IMG/VR virus record: IMGVR_UViG_3300030294_000815
Reading direction: 5' to 3' (one strand)
Source: an uncultured virus (IMG/VR IMGVR_UViG_3300030294_000815)
Taxonomy: Duplodnaviria; Heunggongvirae; Uroviricota; Caudoviricetes
Length of the DNA: 20,000 bases
Shown here: positions 7,620 through 13,982 of the stretch, one piece after another
Layout: each line of letters opens with the position of its first letter
How positions within the stretch are numbered: position 1 is the first letter of the stretch
The notes under the pieces: model-generated
Told to the model about the DNA's origin: nothing
The model's database searches: none
Seen by the model: the letters and a program-made list of their open reading frames with translations, nothing else
Translations under genes and position numbers: made by a program

Positions 7620-8584
7620 GCTTGCACACTCCCTATAAGTTCTAATGTTTTATCAATAACGTTTTGTTGTATTTTTTCCTGCTTCGAAATCTGATCGATA
7701 ATATCAGGAATGTTTAACTTTACAGCCTTTCCATCTGCCTGTATTAAAGCTGTAAATTCTTCCATTGCATATTGCCGTTCTTGATTTTCTACGATCTTGC
7801 TACGGTCGAGCACTTCGTCGCCCGGTTTAGCACATTTAAGCGGTACTAAGCTTATTTCTTCCGCTGCTGTGTCAATAATGGCAACTTGAATTGTTCTGTC
7901 TATTTCTGCCTGACTTGCTGAAATTCGCATCAAGGCTCCTGGATTACAAAATAGTTTTCCATCGTGACGCTTAATGACGCCAAAACCCGTATGATCGTGA
8001 CCTGATAAAATGATCTTTGCGTTTGTGTCCACATGGTACAAATTTGTTGAGCGCCCCTCATACGGTAATTCGTGATCTAAAAGCATGCCATGCACTACGA
8101 GAATATTTGTAAGCTGTTCATACTCGCACATTTGGTAGCCGACTGGACTTGTGTCAATATCTGTTCTGTACGGATTAAACCCTACGTGAACTGTGTCATC
8201 CAAGCTATTCGGTTCCGGGTTATGCTTCCTAATATCCTGCGAAATCTGAATAACATGGAAGTTAGGCACGAGTAGTTCTAAAAGCTGTAGACTGGTTCGG
8301 CCAAAAGTATCAAGATTATAACCATACACATCGTGATTACCTATCGTACAGTAAATCGGACAAGGCGCATCTTTAAACACCTTAGCAAATTCAAGCAGGG
8401 TACTGATTGCAACTTCCGGGCTATGAAAAATATCTCCCGGCTGTAAAATCGCTTCAACCTTGTTAACGGCTGCTATCTGCCAAACCTCGTAAAGCTTCAG
8501 CTTGCAGGCTTCTTTGTAATCATCAATACGGTTTCTTGGATTGTTGCCGCGGATATGAATGTCACCCATGAATAGTAGCTTCAT
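7613..8584 (-). CDS. SbcD/Mre11/gp47-like metallophosphoesterase nuclease
   Basis: GDIH, PGDIFH, IGNHD, VVHG and SGHDH phosphoesterase motifs plus NPGA-x2-R; in the same operon as the SbcC-like ORFs. Confidence 0.92.
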   Translation of the reverse strand: MKLLFMGDIHIRGNNPRNRIDDYKEACKLKLYEVWQIAAVNKVEAILQPGDIFHSPEVAISTLLEFAKVFKDAPCPIYCTIGNHDVYGYNLDTFGRTSLQLLELLVPNFHVIQISQDIRKHNPEPNSLDDTVHVGFNPYRTDIDTSPVGYQMCEYEQLTNILVVHGMLLDHELPYEGRSTNLYHVDTNAKIILSGHDHTGFGVIKRHDGKLFCNPGALMRISASQAEIDRTIQVAIIDTAAEEISLVPLKCAKPGDEVLDRSKIVENQERQYAMEEFTALIQADGKAVKLNIPDIIDQISKQEKIQQNVIDKTLELIGSVQAC

Positions 8585-8850
8585 TTGATAATCAACTCAC
8601 GTATTGCTATTTTTTCTACATCTTCAACGCCAATAACATGTTTGCATGTATCGCCTTTCTGATCTAAGCTTATGCATACTAATTTCAATGGGTCCACATG
8701 TTGCACTAAAGAAATAACGGCATCTTTGTAAGGAATATTGGCGCCTTTAACTTCATAATTTCTATACTCTGCATTTCTTCTAAGCATAAGTGCCTGCCCT
8801 ATTTTTATATTTGAAACATCAAACTGTAACGCCTGGATTGTTATTGCCAT
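8581..8850 (-). CDS. Phage hypothetical protein (beta-rich; possible paralog of 8819-9169)
   Basis: 89 aa, RBS AAGGAGG upstream, overlaps neighbours. Confidence 0.7.
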   Translation of the reverse strand: MAITIQALQFDVSNIKIGQALMLRRNAEYRNYEVKGANIPYKDAVISLVQHVDPLKLVCISLDQKGDTCKHVIGVEDVEKIAIRELIIK

Positions 8851-9169
8851 CGTATTTTACCTCCTTCGCAACAGTCGCAGCCTTTTTATCGCAGGGCAAA
8901 TATACCGCCATTCGTTGAACTATTACGTTACCGTCAATAGCGTCTTGCAATGCTACATACTGTTTGCCTTCAATAGTCATAAAAACAATTTGGTCAGCCG
9001 TGGTTTCTACAAAAAATGCTAACGCCGATTCACCTAATTTAATATCTACTAATGACCGACTTGTTAACTTATTGGCTACCGTTAATTCTTTAAGGTCACC
9101 CTTTTTCGCATATCCTTTGTTAAAACGTGGCGCGTTAATGATAATAGCCTGTTCTGATAATTCGCTCAT
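8819..9169 (-). CDS. Phage hypothetical protein (beta-rich; possible paralog of 8581-8850)
   Basis: 116 aa, RBS GGAGG upstream, 4-bp overlap with the SbcC C-half. Confidence 0.7.
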   Translation of the reverse strand: MSELSEQAIIINAPRFNKGYAKKGDLKELTVANKLTSRSLVDIKLGESALAFFVETTADQIVFMTIEGKQYVALQDAIDGNVIVQRMAVYLPCDKKAATVAKEVKYDGNNNPGVTV

Positions 9170-9804
9170 ACTACTTTTACCTCCGATTTATTGTTATACG
9201 TTACGTGAAAACTTCTTTCGCCAACCGAAGCGAGTGTTTCGTTATGCGTGACAAGAATTATCTGCCTGTGAAATTTACCTGCATACTCTTTTAAGAAGAA
9301 CGCTACATTTTGCGAATACTCAGCCGAAATATGTTTGCCAACTTCATCTAAAAACAGAGCACCTTGCACGCCTTCCAGTTCTGCAATTGCCAGCCTTAAA
9401 GCAAGCGTAATTACGTCGATTATCCCACCGCCATGACCGAAGTCCGGCTGTTCCAATTTCGTGATTACGTCATCGTTTTGCAGATAGTAGTCTACTTCGG
9501 GCCGGTTCGATCTTACTGTCAATTCAAGCCAAAACCTATAATTCGCGTCAAATACGACTGACAAAGCAGAAGTAACAATTTCCTCGATTTTTGTTTTAGC
9601 TTGCTTTCTTGCAAAATCACTCGTCTTTTGAAGCAAGACTGTGACCTGTTCAAAAAGCTGTAAATCATCTTTCGTTTTGGCGAGTTCATCTACAGCCTTT
9701 TGAAGCTGCATTTCAAGAATTCGTTTTTCGCCTAACTTTATATTCAAAACATTCGTTCTATTTTGAATTTCCCTTTTCAATGTTGCCGACTTATAAACAT
9801 TCAT
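9166..9804 (-). CDS. Rad50/SbcC-like ATPase, C-terminal half
   Basis: Short coiled coil, variant signature GHGGG (about 9424-9438), Walker B LFLDE (9343-9357), H-loop IILVTH. Start moved from 9888 to ATG 9804 (MNVYKS), which has GGAAG upstream and avoids overlapping the 77-aa gene. Confidence 0.88.
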   Translation of the reverse strand: MNVYKSATLKREIQNRTNVLNIKLGEKRILEMQLQKAVDELAKTKDDLQLFEQVTVLLQKTSDFARKQAKTKIEEIVTSALSVVFDANYRFWLELTVRSNRPEVDYYLQNDDVITKLEQPDFGHGGGIIDVITLALRLAIAELEGVQGALFLDEVGKHISAEYSQNVAFFLKEYAGKFHRQIILVTHNETLASVGERSFHVTYNNKSEVKVV

Positions 9805-9808
9805 ATCG

Positions 9809-10042
9809 TCACACTTCCGGGAGAAGTTTTTCGACTGTTGCCAAGTCTGCCGCAATCTGTGTTTCGAGTTCTTCAATCTTTGCCTCAATTGTCAAAGGCG
9901 TAACACCAAGTTCCTTCATTTTGCTTTCGACTTCCACAAGAGCCTCTTGTGCGGCTGCTAGTTTTGTTTCAGCTACCGTCTTTGCCTGCTCCGCTACTTT
10001 TACTTTTTCTTCTAGTGCTAAAATCTTACTTGCTGTGTCCAT
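9809..10042 (-). CDS. Small coiled-coil protein between the two SbcC halves
   Basis: 77 aa, helix-(LGVTP)-helix heptad pattern; own RBS AAAGGGG. Confidence 0.8.
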   Translation of the reverse strand: MDTASKILALEEKVKVAEQAKTVAETKLAAAQEALVEVESKMKELGVTPLTIEAKIEELETQIAADLATVEKLLPEV

Positions 10043-11435
10043 GACTATCCCCTTTCACGACTTGTTTGCACATCGGGCAAATATCTGTTTCTTTCCATAA
10101 ATCAGCCAACTTTGTGGCGGCTTCCGTAAAACTGGCCGCTGCCGCATCATTTCGGCGCTTTGAAACAGTTACAAAGTTTTCTGTATCCGAGTATAGGCTG
10201 TTTATTTTGTAGAAGTGCTGTAGCAACTCCTGACGTTCCTTACACGCCACTAACTTTGCCTTGGCTTGTATTTGTATCAGCACCTTATCCAACGTGGCAC
10301 TGTACTCGTCTGACAGCGACAATAATCTACCGTACTCATTAAAAACGATTTGTAACTCACTACGATGACTTTCGGCTTCCGTTAATCGTAATAAGGCGGG
10401 TTTTACTCTTAAAAGGTCCAGGGCTGTGTCTAAACTGTTTTTCGCTTCGGCTTCTTGATCTTTCCTGACACTATAAATAACGGCCAACGTTTTTAGGTTT
10501 TGTTTTAATGTAGCACTATCGCGCTGCCTTTTTAACATTTCGGCGGCTTCCTTGATACACTTTAACTCTCCTAGTAAACTTCTCTGATCCGTTATAATTA
10601 CAGCTTGTTTTCTATACTGCTGTAGTAAGCTTGTTAATAACGAAATGTTTACAGCGCCACTTTTAGCCGTAGCCATGTACTGTTGCGCTTGACGTACTCC
10701 GGCAAAAGATAGAATAGCCTGTTCATATCTTTCTATACGCTCCTTTGATGTAGCGTGCACATCGGCGGCATTACGCAGTTCGGCTTGTTTAGCCCCGTTT
10801 AGTTCAACAACCTTCATCATTTCTTCACATTCATCTAGCAATTGTTTTACAGTGTCTAGGTGTAAATAGTTCTGTAAAGCTGTAATTTTTTCGACCTGCT
10901 CTATTTTGTACTGTTTCTGCGTTGCCTGTAATGCGTGTGTACTTTTGGAAGCCTCTTTCATTGCAAGGTCGACTATTTCGGCGTTTGCCAGTTTGCCAAG
11001 AACTTTGGCTCCGGCACTTGGCGATTCACTAAGTAAAAATGGTGCATCTAATTGATATGCGAAATTTAGTACGTTTGCAAAATCGCCGAAAGTGCTCTTG
11101 TCAATTCCAAGTAATTGTTTAACCTCGTCAGGTACCTCAGCTTTCTCATATACGAAAGTTTCTAAGCCCCGGCTAATGCTGTATGAAGTTTTTGTTCCTT
11201 TTCGTAATTTTGTGATCGTAGCTTCGTCTGTAACGATTGTGACCTCGGCATACCCTACAGCCTTATTAACAAAACTGTCGCCTGACGGTTCACCTAATGC
11301 TACCCACTTGATCGCTCGAAGGATTGCTGATTTACCGGAGTCCGTAGCACCTGTTATGACATTTAACCCTGCACACAAGTCAAGGTGTGTGTCTACATGT
11401 GATTGGAACCCCGTAGCGCTAATTGATAGTATCAT
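10026..11435 (-). CDS. Rad50/SbcC-like ATPase, N-terminal half ending at the zinc hook
   Basis: GFQSH, Walker A GATDSGKS (11328-11351), Q-loop FAYQLD, long coiled coil, CPMC hook (10068-10079) near the C-terminus; no Walker B. Confidence 0.9.
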   Translation of the reverse strand: MILSISATGFQSHVDTHLDLCAGLNVITGATDSGKSAILRAIKWVALGEPSGDSFVNKAVGYAEVTIVTDEATITKLRKGTKTSYSISRGLETFVYEKAEVPDEVKQLLGIDKSTFGDFANVLNFAYQLDAPFLLSESPSAGAKVLGKLANAEIVDLAMKEASKSTHALQATQKQYKIEQVEKITALQNYLHLDTVKQLLDECEEMMKVVELNGAKQAELRNAADVHATSKERIERYEQAILSFAGVRQAQQYMATAKSGAVNISLLTSLLQQYRKQAVIITDQRSLLGELKCIKEAAEMLKRQRDSATLKQNLKTLAVIYSVRKDQEAEAKNSLDTALDLLRVKPALLRLTEAESHRSELQIVFNEYGRLLSLSDEYSATLDKVLIQIQAKAKLVACKERQELLQHFYKINSLYSDTENFVTVSKRRNDAAAASFTEAATKLADLWKETDICPMCKQVVKGDSHGHSK

Positions 11436-11631
11436 TTAGTGCGTCTCCATTGATTTTTGATTTTTCGATTAGCTTATCAAGATCGCTTTGTTCAAACCGC
11501 ATGTCGGAATTCGACGTGTACTTGTATGCTGGTAGCACGCCTTCTTTAACAAGTTGGTAGGCTTTGCTTGTCGAAACCCCTAAATACGCGGCAGCTTCTT
11601 TGATATTGCACCAGTTTTTTACGACTGTCAT
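11419..11631 (-). CDS. Excisionase-like / AlpA-type winged HTH protein
   Basis: IKEAAAYLGVSTSKAYQLVKEGVLPA...MRF...DLD is a typical HTH_17/Xis pattern; first gene of the leftward operon; RBS AAGGAG. Confidence 0.85.
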   Translation of the reverse strand: MTVVKNWCNIKEAAAYLGVSTSKAYQLVKEGVLPAYKYTSNSDMRFEQSDLDKLIEKSKINGDALNDTIN

Positions 11632-11657
11632 GTAAATAAATCTCCTTCCTCTGGGTA

Positions 11658-11687
11658 TGTCTAATTATTGTACATAATTTGTACAAT
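11658..11687. promoter_or_regulatory. Three phased half-sites TGTCTA-N5-TGTACA-N5-TGTACA upstream of xis
   Basis: Half-sites start at 11658, 11669 and 11680 (11-bp period); 11668-11687 is identical to 3821-3840. Confidence 0.75.
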
Positions 11688-11763
11688 ATCAGGGTATTAA
11701 ATATAGCAAAATACCGCCTAGCACCTCGCAGTGCCTTACAGCGTGTATCTTTGCTGTGTTTTC

Positions 11764-11793
11764 ATAGTACACCTTTTTTGTACAAGTTGTCAA
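11764..11793 (-). promoter_or_regulatory. Leftward early (lytic) sigma-A promoter
   Basis: TTGACA (11793-11788)-N18-TACTAT (11769-11764); a TGTACA half-site (11779-11784) lies in the spacer. Confidence 0.7.
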
Positions 11794-11838
11794 TACCTAA
11801 ATTTAAAAAGTTTATAGTATTACCGATAATTTATTTTA

Positions 11839-11855
11839 TGTACAAATAATGTACC
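11839..11855. promoter_or_regulatory. Operator-like site TGTACA-N5-TGTACC between the divergent promoters
   Basis: Same spacing as the 3821 and 11668 copies, with one mismatch. Confidence 0.65.
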
Positions 11856-11861
11856 TTTAAC

Positions 11862-11890
11862 TTGCTTTCTGTACAAAATTATGCAATAAT
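11862..11890 (+). promoter_or_regulatory. Rightward (repressor-integrase) promoter candidate
   Basis: TTGCTT-N17-AATAAT with a TGn extended -10; TGTACA (11870-11875) in the spacer; RBS AGGAGG before ATG 11932. Confidence 0.45.
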
Positions 11891-11931
11891 AATCCCTAGA
11901 GTACAATATAATAAATTTAGGAGGCTACAAC

Positions 11932-12555
11932 ATGCTACGAGAATTAGAACCTCATGAAAAGCTTCAGGAGCTTATCAGACAGTCGGGCGTAGAAAGAAAA
12001 GGACTTGCTGAGTCTACAAAGTTAAACTACTTTACGCTATCAAAATACATCGCCGGAGAACGCGAAATCGTTCCTCAGGTAGCAAAAACTTTAATAGACT
12101 ACTTTTCGATGTTACTAGGAAAAAAGCTACCCGAAGACTACTTTATTAAGAAAAATTCACTTAGCGAATTTCACGACCAAGTTGTTAGTATTCCTGTTTA
12201 CAACTACAAAAGTGAAGGGTCCTTAAGGCTAAACAAGCAGGATATCAGTTATGAAACACTTGTCGCACGTGACACGTTATCTGATGGCGATTACTTTATA
12301 CTGCGCTGTGACAACTTTGCTATATTCAACGCAATTTCTGCCCACACAGAAATCATTTTCAGAAAACAAACTTTTGCTGAAGACGGGCAACTTGTTACGG
12401 TTATGTATTCCGGCAAACTACTCATTCGTATTATTAGACAAATTGACGACCATGTATTTTTGTACAAACTAACACCTGACTCTGATATTGTTATTGCAAC
12501 ACCTGATGAAGTTAAAATTATGGGCAGAGCCGTAAGGGTAGTGTTGCCGTTATGA
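11932..12555 (+). CDS. CI-like repressor: XRE HTH plus degenerate S24 (LexA-like) C-terminal domain
   Basis: HTH RKGLAESTKLNYFTLSKYIAGER; C-domain follows the LexA/CI layout (IPVY, YFILR, RKQ-x2-AEDGQLV, VKIMGRAV); divergent from xis and upstream of the integrase. Confidence 0.85.
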   Translation: MLRELEPHEKLQELIRQSGVERKGLAESTKLNYFTLSKYIAGEREIVPQVAKTLIDYFSMLLGKKLPEDYFIKKNSLSEFHDQVVSIPVYNYKSEGSLRLNKQDISYETLVARDTLSDGDYFILRCDNFAIFNAISAHTEIIFRKQTFAEDGQLVTVMYSGKLLIRIIRQIDDHVFLYKLTPDSDIVIATPDEVKIMGRAVRVVLPL

Positions 12556-13712
12556 TGGGTTCGTTGTACAAACACCACGGAACATGGTATGTGATTGTTG
12601 ATGTGGAAACAGGAGGTGGAAAACGAAAACAACGCTGGATTAATACTGGCGCTGTAAATAAAAAAGAAGCTGAGAAAGCAATGCCTCGTATTGTCATGGC
12701 GGCACAAGATGATGATCTTCCCGACGATGACAATTTGACAGTTTCTCAGTTTCTTGAAAAATGGTTACGTATGTATGCTAAAACAGCTTTAAGACCAAAC
12801 ACATATATAAATTATGCAAGACAAATAAGACTGCATATAAATCCCGAAATAGGTCGTTATAAACTCGTAAAATTAAAACCGCTGCAAATCCAAGAACTGT
12901 ATATACAAAAACGAGAACAAGGCCTCTCACCTGCTTCAGCTAACTACATTCACGGTATTTTGAACGAAGCTTTCAAGCATGCCGTAAAATGGAAACTGTT
13001 AACTAAAAACCCTTGTGAAGCTGTAGAAGCACCTAAAAGAGTTCGTTATCACGCACAGGTGTATTCGCCTATACAATTACAAAAACTCGTGTCAGTCATT
13101 GCAGGAAGCCGTGTAGAGTTGCCTGTTTTAATCGCGGTAACATGTGGTTTACGCAGGGGCGAAATATGTGCTTTAACCTGGGAAAATATCGACATAGCAA
13201 ATAACCTAATGCATGTAGTACACTCATTAAGTCGAATTGCACGTGTATTGACTCGAACGGCTGTAAAAACAGATAACAGCGAACGAACCGTAAAAATTCC
13301 TGCAAGTATGTCACAATCACTAGTAATAGCGCGAAATTTGCAAGCTACTAGAGGATTCGGCAGGGATGAAGATTTTGTGGTAGCCTGGGAAGATGGTCGT
13401 CCAATGGATCCCGGCTATCTTTATAAAACGTTTCAAAAACTTGTTATACGATACAACGAGGCTGTAGACGCCAGCCCTACAGCTACTGAGGACGAAAAGA
13501 CTCTCGCAAAACTTCCCGTGATACGTTTCCATGATCTACGGCACTCGCACGCTACTTTACTTTTAGCACAAGGCGTTGCCACAAAAATTGTTTCTGAACG
13601 TCTAGGACACAGTAGAACGTCATTTACACAGGATACGTATCAGCATGTATTACCGGGTATGCAAGATGAAGCCGCAGACCTAATAGACAGCGCTTTAAGA
13701 AAAGGAAAATAG
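12552..13712 (+). CDS. int: Tyrosine integrase (ICEBs1/phage-type, with N-terminal arm-binding domain)
   Basis: GLRRGEI (R), VKT (K), FHDLRHSHAT (H-x-x-R), LGHS and TQDTYQH (Y); N-terminal GTWYVIV...RKQRW arm-binding domain. Confidence 0.96.
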   Translation: MMGSLYKHHGTWYVIVDVETGGGKRKQRWINTGAVNKKEAEKAMPRIVMAAQDDDLPDDDNLTVSQFLEKWLRMYAKTALRPNTYINYARQIRLHINPEIGRYKLVKLKPLQIQELYIQKREQGLSPASANYIHGILNEAFKHAVKWKLLTKNPCEAVEAPKRVRYHAQVYSPIQLQKLVSVIAGSRVELPVLIAVTCGLRRGEICALTWENIDIANNLMHVVHSLSRIARVLTRTAVKTDNSERTVKIPASMSQSLVIARNLQATRGFGRDEDFVVAWEDGRPMDPGYLYKTFQKLVIRYNEAVDASPTATEDEKTLAKLPVIRFHDLRHSHATLLLAQGVATKIVSERLGHSRTSFTQDTYQHVLPGMQDEAADLIDSALRKGK

Positions 13713-13722
13713 GAAAAATCTT

Positions 13723-13744
13723 ATGTTTGCCAAATGTTTGCAAA
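13723..13744. repeat. Tandem 11-bp repeat ATGTTTGCCAA/ATGTTTGCAAA, probable integrase arm-type sites
   Basis: Two adjacent near-identical 11-mers between the int stop and the tRNA/att core. Confidence 0.55.
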
Positions 13745-13781
13745 TAAAAAAGGCCTTCTTCTCAAAAGAGAGAAAAGCCTT
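13745..13781 (-). terminator. Rho-independent terminator downstream of tRNA-Val (may also act on int)
   Basis: Minus strand AAGGCTTTTCTCTC-TTTT-GAGAAGAAGGCCTT followed by a T-run. Confidence 0.7.
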
Positions 13782-13789
13782 GAATTTAC

Positions 13790-13866
13790 TGGTGGGATTA
13801 ACAGAATTCGAATCTGTGACCTCTTCGATGTCAACGAAGCACTCTAACCAACTGAGCTATAACCCC
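13790..13866 (-). tRNA. tRNA-Val(GAC), CCA encoded; prophage integration target
   Basis: GGGGTTA TA GCTC AGTTGGTTA GAGT G CTTCG TTGACAT CGAAG AGGTC ACAGA TTCGAAT TCTGT TAATCCC A CCA; complete 77-nt cloverleaf, anticodon GAC. Confidence 0.96.
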
Positions 13867-13891
13867 ATTATATACCTTAGATACATGTGCT

Positions 13892-13921
13892 ATTTTAGCA
13901 TATTCTTTACTATTTTGTAAA
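13892..13921 (-). promoter_or_regulatory. tRNA promoter candidate
   Basis: TTTACA-N18-TAAAAT with TGn extension, 25 bp upstream of the tRNA. Confidence 0.5.
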
Positions 13922-13982
13922 TACTTAAATTTGTAATATTGTTCCATGAAGGCTTCTTAAGCAACAAATTTGAGGCACGTCA

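Larger units (their letters stand above)
1..13830. mobile_element. Prophage (lysogeny, early and replication end) integrated at the 3' end of tRNA-Val(GAC); continues beyond the left edge
   Basis: Tyrosine integrase abuts a tRNA 3' end; divergent repressor/xis switch; tightly packed, overlapping phage-type replication and recombination genes. The exact att core cannot be fixed because the second att copy is outside the window. No virion genes are visible, so a satellite or other integrative element is not strictly excluded. Confidence 0.88.

Noticed and set aside
9805..9888. N-terminal extension of the SbcC C-half given by the ORF track
   Set aside because: Overlaps the 77-aa gene; ATG 9804 with an upstream purine-rich RBS fits the operon packing better.
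7613..11435. SMC-like ATPase plus nuclease as an anti-phage or anti-plasmid defence system (Wadjet/Lamassu-like)
   Set aside because: The CxxC hook, Mre11-type nuclease and position in the early lytic operon fit SbcCD/gp46-47; no kleisin/KITE or effector genes are recognisable.
12461..12570. Single TGTACA hexamers at 12461 and 12565
   Set aside because: Isolated half-sites within coding sequence with no partner at 11 bp; expected by chance.
13723..13920. 65-aa ORF after the integrase
   Set aside because: Antisense reading of the tRNA-Val gene and its terminator.
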